In this document: one piece after another, positions 12,481-26,587 of the stretch
Layout of the letters: every line of letters starts with the position of its first letter
Numbering within the stretch: the first letter of the stretch is position 1
NCBI RefSeq assembly: GCF_036321535.1
Contig: NC_087437.1
Location: 104,720,001 to 104,784,000, forward strand
DNA length: 64,000 nucleotides
From: Camelus dromedarius
Lineage: Eukaryota
Direction: 5' to 3'
The notes under the pieces: model-generated
Database searches by the model: none
Told to the model about the DNA's origin: nothing
Seen by the model: only the letters and a program-made list of their open reading frames with translations
Program-made: the position numbers and the translations under genes

Positions 12481-15400
12481 TAGATGGCCTATTCCATCTA
12501 TATAGAAGTGATTACCTTTAAAGATGGTTGCAACTTTTATTATTATTGGCATTTATTCCATTCTCCTCCATCTTTTAATAATAACTAGTTCAATGAATAA
12601 ATTCCCTAAACAGGAAATGTAGTTTTATAATTTAATCTTGAGTTAGAATGTTCCTTCAGTGTAGAGTTAAACCTGAAAATACCACTCTTGTAAAGAAATT
12701 CACATGCAATCAACATTAATCATTCTATGGCTCTATAATGCATTATGTGACCTCTACTTAGATGTTGATTCTGTCCTGTATTTTGTGATTCATACATTTT
12801 TTTCACATTCGAAGTCTGAAACCAAGAAGACATTAAACTTTTCCCATAGTTAATCAAGTCTTCCCTACCCAACATTAATTCCCATCTTTGCCAAAGGCTT
12901 CCAGACTAGATCTTATACTGGCAACTGAGTTCATATTACTAAATATGCAAAGTCATTACCAGGGTACATGAGAAAGATAATTTATGTGTTTGTCTCTCTT
13001 TTAAAAAATTCTATGCATTTCATAATTCACAGGAAGCCTAATTAGACTGTTAAAAGTAACATTCCTTACTTCCAAGTTACCTGGAGAATCTTTGACTGTT
13101 TTCCTTTTGCAATGGCCACCAGCCATGTTAAACCACATGAACGTTTGTATAGGAGTTAAGAAAAAATCAATAATACCTTAAGCCACCAATGTTCGTTCAA
13201 TAAATCTTCCTTGATCACTTAAGGGGTAAGATAGGATACTTGACAGTCTATGCTTCTTATTGGGTTATAAGTAGGAAACAAAAGAACTAGGAACGTTTTG
13301 GTGGGGATAAAAGAAGAAAAAAGGACTATTAGGGTTTAGGAAGAAAGTAGACTCTGGTTAGGAAAAAACAAAGAGGAGAATCTTGCTGTTTACAGGTCTC
13401 CCGACCCCTCAGGACAACTGTGACTAATTCTGTTGGAATAATAGCCATTTGCAATAATCTTTATCTTTCTGTAGATCATCCACCCATACTCTTTCAGTGC
13501 TTCTGCAGAGAAATCCAACGTTCACTCAAAAGTGTTTATTATTGTATTTATGCCTTCAACAGTAATGAGCAAATTACATATAGGACCTGTATCTAGATCT
13601 TAAAGCTATCTGAGGGGACCTTAGCAATTTTAATCGTATTCTAGATGACTAAAATAATGACCCCCCCAAATTCCTAAGCCTTGTTTACATGCCATCATCC
13701 ACTCTATAAAACATTTTAACATAACACTAAATGAACTAAGTTCAAAGATATAGGTACTACATACTTAATAGATAAATTTTAGTCTCCTGATGAATTTTTA
13801 AGAAATTAGTTTTTATCAGGATTCTTAGCAATTGATAGTAAGTGCTTTTGTAAGACTAATTGATTTTAATATGGATATCACTGAATTATTCCCTGTGCTT
13901 TTCCTCTATCAAGAAACATCAAATCAGCTGTAATTCACCATAGAATAAAGTCACGGTGACTTCCTGCTAATTGCTGGTTGACAGTGTTGCATAGTCATTA
14001 ATCCAGAAGGACTTTGGCCAGGCTGATTGGCAGTGGAGCCCAGTGAAGGGCCAGAGAGATTGTAGCACAGACTGTATCAGATTTGGAATAAAATATTCAT
14101 TCCAGCAAAGGCTCCTGAGGTAATGTTTAGACTCATGATTATCACCACGATTACAGAACCACTCTCAACATTCTTATCAGGCAAGCTAATTTTCTTAGAA
14201 AGTCTCCAAAGCCAAACAGTTAGCAAAGATGGAAAAGCATTGGGGCACCTAATTAAATAAAAATAAAGAAGCCATTCTGAATTCTGAATCCTTCTTTTAC
14301 GTATATACACACTATCCAAAAACCAATAAAACTTGCTGCCTATATATATACATATAGACTTAATTTCTTTTGGTAATTTAAAAAATTGAAATGCTAGTCG
14401 TTTGTGCCATTTCTTGTGAGTGATCTCATCTTGGCTGGTTACAAATTTCTTGCAGGTATATTCCCCAATTCATTCTTTTTTTTCTCACTTGTTAGCAAGT
14501 GAATTTTTGTGGTGATTATTATTATTAAAATTATTAATTCAAGTCTATGTAAAATAACTTGGAGAGCACATAAATAAGTGATTTAGAAATAGTTAAGTAT
14601 CCTGGATGCATTATTTTTCATAATTAGTAGGATTTATTTCACTGTCATGAGATTTCTAGGAGTTCTACATTGAATAAAATGATTGAATGTTCTTTGGGTT
14701 TTATTTCGCTACTTTCAAAGCTGAAAGTTATTTACTTGTTTACCTAAATACAGCAGTCATCCTTTCTATTAAGAAGTGCTGTAGTAAAAGCAGTATAATG
14801 GTATGATTCAAGAAATGTGATATTTCAATTCCCAATGTATTCTAAAACACAATGATAAATGGATGAGAGACAGATACTATCTATGATATTCTATAATGCA
14901 TATTTAAATATATAAATGTCATACAAATATGCATAGCTTAAATAATATATATAGATGAATATGCATGTCTGTTTAAAATAATGTATTGGTTAGATTAATA
15001 TACTCTAATAGCAAAATGAGTTAGGTAATGTCAGTCACACAAATTTAAATATTGTATCAATTTGACAGTGGAGGTTTCTGGAAACTAAATTTCTGTGAAA
15101 AACTGAGACTTCAAATTTCTTTTAAGACACATATAGAAAAGAAGTTTTTAAATGACCCTATAGATAGGATTGGATAAAATTATACAATAAAACAATGTCT
15201 TCTCTCCTAATTAAACATCATTTGGTCAACAACTCAGATCCTGAAACCTTTGCTTGGCTAGCTTGAAATGGTATTTTGTATGGTTATCCTTTTGAGCATG
15301 GAAGTGCACTGCAATCATACAAAATTATGAGGATAGAATTCAATACAATTTCTGCCAGCTTTAGTGGGTAAAGCTGGCAAGATATAGACATAAAAGGATT

Positions 15401-18400
15401 CTTTTTCTTTAGTTTCAAAACAAGGATGAACATAGACATTTAAAATTTAATCTAATATACTAGGGCTTTTAATCTATTTTAATGTGAGATAATATCTATA
15501 ATCATCATGGTTTGTGTTTTATCTTATTTTTAAGGTACTTAAATTTCTTCAAATCTGTATTAGACTTTTTAATTTGCTAAAATATTTCCATCTGAATAGA
15601 TGAATTTACAATGAATATTTATGAATGTTAGTGCATCAAATTAGTAAATTATATTTTAGTGACATAAGTAGTGTGTTAATGGAAATATTGGTTTCTTGGT
15701 GTTTAAAGAATGTTGAATTTAATAGTTACAAAGTAAGTAAATTGAAAATTTTCCAAATTTCTGGTTAATTCTTAAACTACGTAGAATCCAACAATATTTT
15801 AAATGTTAAATTTATATAAAGTTTTAATATGGTAAAAAGAACTTGGAACTTAAACTGATAGTCAATAAAGTATAAGGAGGAAAACAGTTTCTCATTTTAA
15901 AAAAAGAATGATTATTTCTAATCAATGATAAATATAAGACTGCCAGTGTAAGAATTGTATTCCTGTTTTCTATTTAACTAATCCGTTCAACATTTGGAAA
16001 TGACTGTGGTAATGGATATAAATATAATTATGATGACAACAAAACATCATGAGAAGAAGTATCAAAAATAGGGTAATTGCTTGTATATTATAGCCCACAT
16101 TGCAGCTGAACACATTTTTTGTTGACAATGATGAGTTGCCCTGAGTTAACTGATAGAAAATGCAGTAGCTTTTAATGGAATGTTCTCAATAATCTGTTCT
16201 TTACCATTAATCCTCATTTTTGTTGTGCCCCTAAAATTTAGTTTCTGAAAGGAAGCAAGTGGCTTCTGTCAAATTATTAAGTATATGGGAAGATATTAAA
16301 TCATAATCTCATACAGATGGTACAGGATGAGAAGACAAGTTCTTCAGGTTTTTTTTTTTATAGTAATTATACATTTAACCTTGAATCATCACCTCACATT
16401 TCTAGGCCTAAGTTTTCTCATCAGTAGGAAGGAGGGTATATTTACATCTCTCTTGTAAACTCTCAGGGGTGTTGTGAAATTTAAATAAGAGTTCAACAAA
16501 TTTTGAAAGAACTTTTAAATTGTAAAGTGTTACAGAGGTAAAATATTGTGAATTGCATGTCCTCACAAAAGATAAGCAATTAAACTTTAAAATATCTCTC
16601 AGGCAAATTTCTATGAAATACATTTCCATTTTCTGCTCAACTCTATAAAAATTTTTATTTAAAAGCAGTTTCTACAGAAGATGCTGCTATATCTCATGTA
16701 CCACTGAATTAATTACTGGACTTTCGACTTACGGTTTTAAAATGTGTCTGTGATATTTTCCAAAGCGTAACACTAGTAATAATAGCCTTGGTCATGACTA
16801 TGAGTATGCACAGAATTTATTTTTTAATTTAATCTAACTTTTATCAGATGTTCATTGCACATTAGAAAAATGGATTATGCCTTATCATAACTTCTGTTTC
16901 CATGTTCTTTATTTAAAATATTTAAAATTTAAATGTTAAAATAAAATCAAATATTCAAATGCCAAAATATGTAGGTGTTTAAATATGAAATATTAAAAAT
17001 ATTAAAATATTAATGAGCTACCAAAACAAATGAAGTGAATCTTAAAACAGAACAGTAAGTAGGAGAGTGACTTGTATATTTTCTTTCTTTTTCTATGCCC
17101 ATAAATCTCAGTAAATGCAATGAATAGTGAATATTCATTGAATAGATGATTTCAAAATAATACCTTTGGATAATATACACAGACGTTTGGATATATTTTA
17201 TATTTTTTTAGAAAAAAAGCCTGTGCTTCATCATTTTGTCTCATGTACATTCTAGGCAGTTTATATAAGACACCAAATATGCTCTCATTTTATTTCTCTC
17301 GTCTTGCTGCCAAAATCCATCAGAGAAAACATGGACTGGCATCCTTCGAGGTGCGTGATCTCCAGGAGTAATCCAAGGAGCACCACCAGCATCTGTTAAC
17401 TTTCCTGCCGTTTGCAGCCTGGAAACAGCCTCACATGCCCTCGTGTCCCAGAGGATATCCAAAACAGGCCTGGGTGTCCTATAAACAGGTGGCACTTAAT
17501 TCTAAGATTGTTTTCCAAGTTCCCAAACCTTATTAGAGAAAAAAAGAGGGTTAGGAAAACAGATGTTCAGCTGAGCAGAAGGAACAGATAACAGACATAT
17601 CCATGAATCAAAACGGATATTTACAAGAGAGCAAAGTAAATATTTTTGTCTCTATATTATCTTATTTTAGCACAAGGTTCTAGTCAAACATTATTATGTT
17701 AGTCAAAATTACACAGAGGACTTCTTTTCAGACATGGTAATAACTGAACACCTGATAGGATGCTAAAAAAATTAAAGCATTAAAAACATTATAATTACAA
17801 AGAGTCATGTATTTTCAACTGAATTGACTATAGGAAAAGTGGTGGAGATATTTAATAACCTGATAGTTTTGATTCCTTCATCATTTGTGTAATGTTTTAT
17901 TAATTAGTCTACAAATGATTAATAGATCATTTCTATGTTTAGCTTTCTTTCTCTATTTTGCCCATGAAAAATGTAATGTTTTCTTGAAGCCTCCCTAAAA
18001 TCGTTTCCTCTTCTGGAATCCAACAGCACTGTTTCCAGTATGTTTGAGGTAACCACACAGTCACCCCACTCCTGAACATATTCCATTTTGAGATAAACCT
18101 GGGAAGCAGCATGTATTATATCTTTCTTTGAATATTAGCAATGAAAAGTGTTGCTTATTAAAGCTCTGAAATTTCCTGACATATAAAACATTTTATCTTT
18201 GAAACAAACATTTATGTTCTTTACAGGAATTAAGAGCAATTAATTGGTGATTATTGCTTTGTTTTAGAATTTATTTTTAAAATATTACTGCTTTCAATCC
18301 AGTGAATATTTTTGTTTGCCTTTTTAAATGTTTCCATGTTATCCATTAAACCAGGCTATTAATTTTTCTTGATTATTATATTTTTTTAAATTTCTCTCAG

Positions 18401-18599
18401 AATATATAGCAAAGAGCCGTGGAAACTGTTCAACAAGTTTCTGGTTTGGTTTGACTTAGTGAAATTACTAATATCAATACGTGAAATGGAAAAATATGTC
18501 AATAACTTCGAATGAAAATATCAAAGAGGCTACAAAATAAAAACAGAAGTCAACATTTACCAACTTCAAATGTACTAAATTATTTATCATGAAGTTATA

Positions 18600-20030
18600 A
18601 CAAGTAATGTATGAAAGTTCACCAAGCTTAAAAAATAAAACATTGGAACAAAGTGTGCTTCCTTTCCTGTTGGAAGCCCTTTCGGAGGAAATCACTATCC
18701 TAGGATTGTTGCTCATCATTTTCATACATTAGTTGAAAATCTGATTGCATATTTACATCCCTATAAACAATATACACTGTCAGACTTGGTATTTTAATAT
18801 GTTTATAAATCTTACACTGTTTTCAATACTACGCCTTATGTACACTGTATCATTGCTTCTAAAATGTATGTTTAATCTCTTGCTATTGGTCATTTAACTT
18901 GCTTTTAATTCTTGGCTTTTGCATGCATTGCATCCATTAATTTTCCTGTACAAGTCTCTACTAGCACATGTGCCTAAGTTTCACTTAAGTGTGTGCTTGG
19001 TACCTGTTTGAGCTACCTCTTCATGTTGAGTGACTATTATAAAATAGTAGCAGTGCATATTAATACCAGAGGCAAATAAGATATTTTATTTTCAGCCTTT
19101 CCACTTCTTGATATTCCTAGGTTTTAAAAATTTTGTTCATCTGAAGTTGGTGAAATTATATCTAATTGTATTTTTATTTTGCATTTTCCTGGAAATGTGG
19201 TATTTTCACATCATTTCATATATTTATCTGTCTATAACTGTGTTTCATATTTTATTGTCTTTTCATATATATTCTTACCATTCTTTTTTTCTTTCCCTCT
19301 TTCCCCTTTCCTGTCCTTCTGCCCCGTCTCCTCTTCTTCCTTCTCCTCTTTCCTTCTGATTCTTCTTTAATTTCAAAAGTATACTATTTTTGGCAACTGG
19401 CTTTTCAAAATAAAAGAAAAGATAATCAAACTGGTCAAATCCAATAGAAGCCCCTGCTATAATTGTACTGTGTGAATTTGTGGTTAATTTTGGAAGAAAT
19501 GTTATATTCGATCTTTGTATGTAGGAATACAGTGTACTTTTTCATATTTTATTTAATTTTTTAAAATGTATTTTTATTTTAATTTTTCTCCCTGTAAGTC
19601 TTGTACATTTTTTCCTATCCTAAAATTTGGTTAGTGTTTGTAAGGTATCAATAGTTATTTCAGGAGACTGGGAATTGATAGTACCGAGACCACATATGTG
19701 TATATTTTAGATTAAAATGCTTAATTTTGTCATTCAGAACATCACTAAACATCCTCATATGTTTGTCTGCTTGATCTAGACTACTGAGAGATATTTCTTA
19801 AACCTATTAGAGTAGTTTTGGAAATGTCAACTTCTGTGTCACTTCTATCAGTTATTTGCTTTATGCAACTTGGAGCTATGTTACTAGTGCCTATAAGTTT
19901 AGTAACCTTATATTTTTGATTGGTGAATAAACTGTAATCCATTGACTATATGCTCTATAAATATAATGATATATTTTGTCTTCATGTCTATTTTGTCATA
20001 TATTTCTTGGTGTCAGCTTACCTTGGTGTT
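18600..20030 (-). mobile_element. Ancient L1ME-type fragments
   Basis: Antisense degenerate L1: 3' region (aatcactatcctaggattgttgctcatcatt; tgaaattatatctaattgtatttttattttgcattttcctg) and EN region at 19760-20030. Confidence 0.55.
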
Positions 20031-21199
20031 ATTGTAAATTTAATATTGATATTAAATTTAGAGAATTTTGATATCATTTAAATTTCTTTCTCAGATAAAG
20101 TAATTTCTTTTTAAATTATTTTTATTTTAATTAAATTTCTAATATCCAAATTTTCTGAACTTATTTCTATTTTTTTTTCTCTTTTTCTTTTTTTTCCACC
20201 AATCTTCCCATGTGTTTGAAATCATTTTTGTGTGTGTTGGCTAGCCTCAGTTTTAATATCCCTAAACCTAACATGTTGTTTTCTTAAAACACAAGGCTCT
20301 TATTACTAAATTTTGGAAGGCTTCCTAGAGTAGCTTGTGCTTTAGCTTATGTCTCTTTTGTTTTTTTCATAATATCTCAATTTTTAAAATGAGATTTTTT
20401 TCCCAGAATAGCAAATGCCTTATATTGTTGAAAACAGCAATGCCAGACAGCTCTCAAAAGGGTCTTTATAAATTCCCTCTACTACCTTGGCATGGTAGAA
20501 TTTTCTATGTTGATACTAGTAATTACAGATTTTATTATTCACAATCATATGAACTGGGAAAAGTAATATGACTGTATATGTTTTGCCCTTCAGTAAATAG
20601 ATGATTTTAATTTGTGTGTGTGTGATTTAGAACTGGGATAAAAATTGCATATAGTGTTTAATTAAGCACATTTTGGAAAAAAATAAACTCATAGAGGTTA
20701 AACTAAACACAATTGCAATGTGAAAATTAATTTTATACATATTTTTAACATTCTAGGAGCTAATGAATCCAGTTTTTCCTCAATTAAAGGAATTACCATG
20801 AGTTAATTTTTCTGTGTGACTCCTTAAAGGATAAACAAAAAAATAATTCTCACTAGAAAACTGTATTTGCATAATTACTGTAAAATGTTGATTGCATATG
20901 AAAAAGAGGAGCCAGAAATATTTCAAAATCTCATTTGAATTAGACCTGCAAATGTTCTGGTTCTGCATGACAAAGCCTACAGCCACAGCAGTGGAAATAC
21001 TTACCTTGGAATGTCAACACTAGAAATAGCAGTTTTCAATATGAAAACAGAAGCACCAGAATAAAATACACATTGTCTGCAGATCTCACCTCCTGCTATC
21101 ATTGTTAGGTAAAATAAAACATTTGTGAAAATAATTATAATTATCATTAATTAGAGTTATAATTATCAGTGGCCCACAAATAATGTCTAGTCCTTTATG

Positions 21200-21640
21200 T
21201 TAAATTTAGGTAAATACATGTATAACTCATGAAATAATTTGTATCGAGACATAGACCTTAAATCCTCAGTTTGATTAGTTTTGGCAATTGTAGAAACCTG
21301 TGTTACCACCACTCAAAGCAAGATTTAGAACAATTATTTTACCTTACAAAGTTGCCTCAAGACTATTTCTAGTCAATTCTCAACTTGAAATAAGCTCTCA
21401 CTATAGATTCATTTTGGCTGTCTTTGTTATATAAATGGCATCATACTATATTATAATATGTACTTTTCTCTGCATCTGACCTTTTGCACTCCTGATGCAT
21501 TTGAGATTCATCCACATTGTTTCATGTATTAGTACTTTGGTTTATTTTTTATTGATGAGTAGAATTCATTGCATCAAAAAACCAAAATTTGTTTATTCTT
21601 CCATTAAGGGACATTTGGATTGTTTGTAGCTTTGGTCTTA
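21200..21640 (-). mobile_element. L1ME/L1MB-type 3' end
   Basis: ctgtgttaccaccactcaaagcaagatttagaaca; tttgagattcatccacattgtttcatgtattagtac; tattgatgagtagaattcattg. Confidence 0.7.
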
Positions 21641-21829
21641 CTTAAATCATCTCTCACATCTTTTGCATCTTTTGTAAGTTTCTACATAATAAGTGTATGT
21701 GAAAGCCTGTGGTGTGCAAATTATTTTGTGTTAAAACTTACATTATTATTTTAATATACCTGGCCTAGCCTATGCCACAGGCCCTTTCCCATCACCCAAA
21801 TGAATTTTTAAATATCTGACTCTCATCAT

Positions 21830-21872
21830 TTGTTTGTTTGTTTGGTTGGTTGGTTTGTTGGTTGGTTGGTTT
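21830..21872. repeat. (TTTG)n(TTGG)n microsatellite
   Basis: Directly visible. Confidence 0.85.
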
Positions 21873-23379
21873 ATCATGTTGATTTCCATTTGTTTTCTTA
21901 GTGATGATTTCACCATCATTTCATCTAGTCATCATATAAATTTCAAAATGCTTCTAGCTTTATTAATTTTTCAACCCCAAGTCACTACACTATTGGCATA
22001 GTCACATGGTTCAAGGTAATTTTGACGTAGGTCCAATAATATGGAGAGGAAGGCAGTTAGCCCAGTTTGTTATCTACATTGATTGAATTCACAGAAAAGT
22101 TGCTCTCCTCTTCAGATAATCTACATGTTTAGACAGATAAAGGATATGGCTAAAATGATGATTGTTTCAAGGATCAGGTAAATGCCTTTCTTCCTGTCTC
22201 AAGGAAGAAGTCATCTAAAAGGAAATGAGTATACCTGTCATTTACCTGAGCTACTGTTACAGTACTGTTCATGTTTCAGTATGCAGGGCATGTTAGGAAT
22301 TTTTTACTCCTCATCTTCAGAACACAGCCAGAATCAACCTTTCTCATTGCTGCCAACTGCTGGCTGAGCAGCTCTGCTTGCTAACTATTAGTAAAGCTGC
22401 TGAGTTCATTCCCTATTGTAATTTCCCCAATTTTTTTTTTTGAGAAAGAACTTACTGATTAAATTAAATCATTGCTTGCCAAGAGGAAATTCTTAAGAAT
22501 GTTGAACCAGTCACATTAAATGGTGTCCCCTTCAAAGGGAATTAATGTAAACCAAAGGGATTCTTGAAACTCTGCAAGACAGGTTTGTGTATCAATTAGG
22601 TTGTCTGATCATTAATACGTCCAAATACCAAATCGACACTTGTAATTGTCTTCTTGACAGAGATGATTGGAAGCTATAGTCTGTGTGCTCTTGAGTGGAG
22701 GGAAGCTGACACGGGTAAATAGGTGGGGTCATGTGTATGTGTGGAAGGAGGCTGAGAGACAGGTGTTTGAGAGCAGGGGTTCCCTCTAGGTGGCTTCAAA
22801 GCAGGCCTGCTGCCTCCAGAAGAGGGGCACCATGAGTAATGGGAGGACGGCTTAGCTGGAGAGAAAGCTAGGAGTGGAGTTTAGTGATTCTGAGACTCTC
22901 TTGATTTCTTACATCTGTGCTTCTTTGTTCGAACCCTCTGCTTGTCTAGGTATGTGTAAATTGTTGCCGTTTAAAATATGTCTGTGTCTCTGGGTACCCA
23001 CTGGGTAATGTTTATCCACTGGTATGTATAGTTAATGACTTCAAATTAGGGAAGAAAATGAACAAACTTGTAACTTAATCTTCTATTTATACTTCTAAAT
23101 TTTTGGCCAAAATATGCTAAATGAAAAAATGCCTCAATAAATAGTTCTTAAATCACATTTTGCATTTCTCACAAATGGAGGAGCTCATTTAGTATTATTT
23201 TGTTCTTTCACAGTACTAGAATAAAGTTATTCTGTTAGGAGATGATAGGTTTGTAATAAAATTCATTTTAATAGTAATATTTTATTATTCGTTATTTTGA
23301 AGCTGAAGGTTTTAACATGCAGTTATCTAGAGTTTTACCTTCTTTTCTTCCTATTTCATCGTTGTTTTTATTTGATTTA

Positions 23380-23760
23380 ATTCACCAACCCTATTCTCTT
23401 TCCCATTAAAAGGCAAATAATCTGATGTGTTTAATGTAATTCCTTCATCCATATACTTATTTTTATCCAAATATGCATGTATTTTAAGTTTCATGAATGG
23501 CATCGTGTCATAGTTGAAATTTTGCATTTTATTCCTTGCTCCATACTTAATGGTGTTGTGTGTACAGTGCTACTCACTGCTGTGATTATGCCAGAATGTG
23601 CATTCACCATATTTTACACATCTGAATTCACAGTGATGGGGGCATAAATTACATCTGATAACTCTGCTATCACAATCGATGATTAATAATTTTATTCTTT
23701 CTCCTTGCAAATATGAATAAAGATTTCTCTGGACACATGAAAAGATGCATAGCATCACTG
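23380..23760 (-). mobile_element. Ancient L1ME 3' remnant
   Basis: Degenerate antisense L1ME-type 3' sequence. Confidence 0.45.
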
Positions 23761-24234
23761 ATAATTGACTACTGATTTATTTCGTTTGACTATGAGGTTT
23801 GTGTGTTGGCTTGAAAGTCATGGCAACCTACAGTCTGGGTAATGGAATATACATAAATCTTTACTGCTGCTCAACCATAGCTGGTATAAACTTTTTCATG
23901 AGAAATAACTTTGTTTTTCTAAACTGTGATAATAGTGAGGTTGTTTGTTGCTATAGCACAAAATTATGAAAGCTGAGTTCACTCATGTTTTGTTCCCTTT
24001 GATTATTTTTCTTTGAAATGAATGCTACTTTTTGAGTTATAACAGTGCTACCTCCATTATTATTTTGTGCTTATATTTGCCTGAAACACCTATACAGTTT
24101 ATCAGTTTACATATACGTATAGCATCAAGCATACAAAATTAGATTATTCATAATCCTGTGTGGCAGATTTATCATTTTTCATACCCTGCCCACATTTTAA
24201 TTTATTTATTTAACTAACACATTTTTTACTTTTT

Positions 24235-25855
24235 AAAGTAAAATTTTTAGATTTAGAGAATAATTGCAAAGATAGTACAGAAAGTATCCATATATTCACA
24301 ACTAGTTTCTCTGGTTACAAATACATTACTATGGTTCATTTGCTATAGTTAATGAACCATACTGATATGTTATTATTAGCCAAAGCCCATTCCTTATTCA
24401 GATACCCTTAGTTCTTAACCTAATGTCATTTTCCTGTTCCAGGCTCCCATCCAGGATACCATATTGTATGTAGTACCATATAGTAACCATATCTCCTTAG
24501 GCTCTTTTGGATTATGTTGATTTCAGTTTCCTTGTTTATGTTGACTTTGAAAGGTTTGATGAGTGTGGGCCAGGTATTCTGTGGAATGTCTCTCTGGTGG
24601 TATTTGTCTAATGTCTTTCTCATGATTAGAATATGGTACTGACTCGAGCATAAGATCACAGAGGTGAAGTATCCAACATCACATCATTTCAAGGGTGCTT
24701 ATTATCAATATAACTTATCACTGTTGATGTTAAAATTGATCACCTGGCTGAGATAGAGTTTTTCAGACATCTCCACTGCAAAGTTACTCTTTTCTGCCCC
24801 ACTTCCAGATTATACTCTTTGGAAAGAAGTGACTACGCACAGCCCACAAATAAAAAGTGGGAATTCATACTATACCTCCTTAAGACAGAGTAGCTACAAA
24901 AAGTATTTGGAATTTTGTAATGGAGATTTGTCTTTTCCCCTTCATTTTTTTACTTATTTAATTATTTATATTAGCACTGATCTATGAATAATTATTTTAC
25001 ACTTTAGGTTATAATCCATTGTACTTTTTTTTTGTTGCTCAAATTATGCCACCTTTGAGTTTTGGGATCTCAGTAAGCTGGCTCCTATGGACCTGTCTTT
25101 TTAGCATGCTCCCATCATTGAGAGTTTCTCCCTACCTTCCTTGCCACTTCCCCCCTTCCTTTCTTCCATCCCTTCCTTCCTCTTTTTCTCTCTTTTCTTC
25201 CTCCCTCCCTCCCTTCTTCCCTTCCTCCCATCCGTTCTCTGAGTGCTTCCTTGATTTCTGGCATTGTAAGATGCTCTGACCTCATCCGTCACATTCCCTG
25301 CTCCAGTCCTACAGTTAGCCTTTCTGCAGTGAACTTCCTTTTATTGCGTAATGGTGTTAGATACACTATCTGGTTACTTGGTATGTGTCTTGCTTTTGGG
25401 GAGTTGTTTCTAGTTTGTAATAAAGTAGTTAAATAAATGCATATACTGACCTGCATGTATATATATATCTCTATAAATATTTTTATATGTAACCATCTAT
25501 ATCTATGTTAAGTTAAACATGTGTTCATAGTGATGTCTCTGACTTTAATCCATAATCAGTTGGATCATTTTATCTCTATAATTCTTTTTATTTTGACTTT
25601 TATATTACAGACTCCATTAATTTTCAGAGTTATTGAGGTCAGCATCATTGCCCTGACCCCCTTCAGTGAGATCTTTTCATACATTTGTAATATATTTAGG
25701 ATGTTTTGTCACATTCTGCATTCTATTCTGGAATTCCCCAGGCCTCTTAAATGATGTGTTTTAAATTTTCATGCTTTAAAGTTTATTCTTTGTGCCATGA
25801 AGTTTAATGGGTCTTGACAAATGCATAGTGCCATGTATCCACTGTTACAGTAACA
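24235..25855 (-). mobile_element. L1MC3/L1MC4-type 3' region with embedded CT-rich tract
   Basis: ttttagatttagagaataattgcaaagatagtacagaaag; ttcctgttccaggctcccatccaggatacc; ttgatcacctggctgagatagag. Confidence 0.8.
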
Positions 25856-25859
25856 TACA

Positions 25860-26010
25860 GTTGGGTCCTAAACACATTCGAAAGTGTCCCGATAAGAGAG
25901 AAGCAAAGGAAATTGGATGGCATAGAACAAGAAGGCAACATAACAAATGAAACAAGAGGCTGCACTGTTGATTTTGAAGACAGAAGAAAGGTCCAGGGCT
26001 AAGGAATAAA
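25860..26010 (+). mobile_element. MLT1C/D-like MaLR LTR fragment
   Basis: gggtcctaaa...aagtgtcccgataagagagaagca; tgattttgaagacagaagaaaggtccagggctaaggaat. Confidence 0.55.
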
Positions 26011-26039
26011 AATAACTTCTTTAAGGAGTACTCAGGTTC

Positions 26040-26255
26040 TTAATTTCAGTAGTGAATTTGTCTATTTCTTCATAGTTCTATCAGCTTTTGCCTCTTGTAT
26101 TTTTGATGCTCTGTTAGGTTTATACACTTAAAAACTGTCATGTGTACTTGGTCACATTATATAATAGTCCTCTTTATCTCTGATAATTTTTTTTACTGAG
26201 GTCTACTTGGCATGGTTTGTAATTAATACAGCTGTTCCACCTCTCTCTTGGCTAT
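26040..26255 (-). mobile_element. L1 ORF2 endonuclease-region fragment
   Basis: gtgaatttgtctatttctt...ttctatcagcttttgcctcttgtatttttgatgctctgtt. Confidence 0.6.
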
Positions 26256-26587
26256 AGAAGCAGCTGTAATTGGAGAACTAAGGGTTACAAGATGATAGTG
26301 GGGTACTGCTTGTTATTTTGTTTTGCTGGACTAGGATTTCTTTCCTATATCCTCCTACTTTAAGGTTAATTTGTTTTCCTGCTTTTTCAGTTGATGCTAG
26401 AAACTATTTTCTAGTAAAATAAAATAATTATTGACTTAGTCAAAATTATATTCTTAGAAGTATAAATATTTTTCTTGTATCATTAAATTACATTATGGTA
26501 AAAAAAAATGAGGGCCTTACCTTATACATTTAAAATACTTTACATAGTTTTAATTATGAAGTCAACATAACACGTATTTGTGGGTTT

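Noticed and set aside
16900..17012. AT-only quasi-palindromic tract
   Set aside because: Low-complexity sequence; symmetry expected by chance.
17241..17495. 84-aa minus-strand ORF (MPPVYRTP...)
   Set aside because: GTG start, no recognisable domain and no convincing flanking splice sites.
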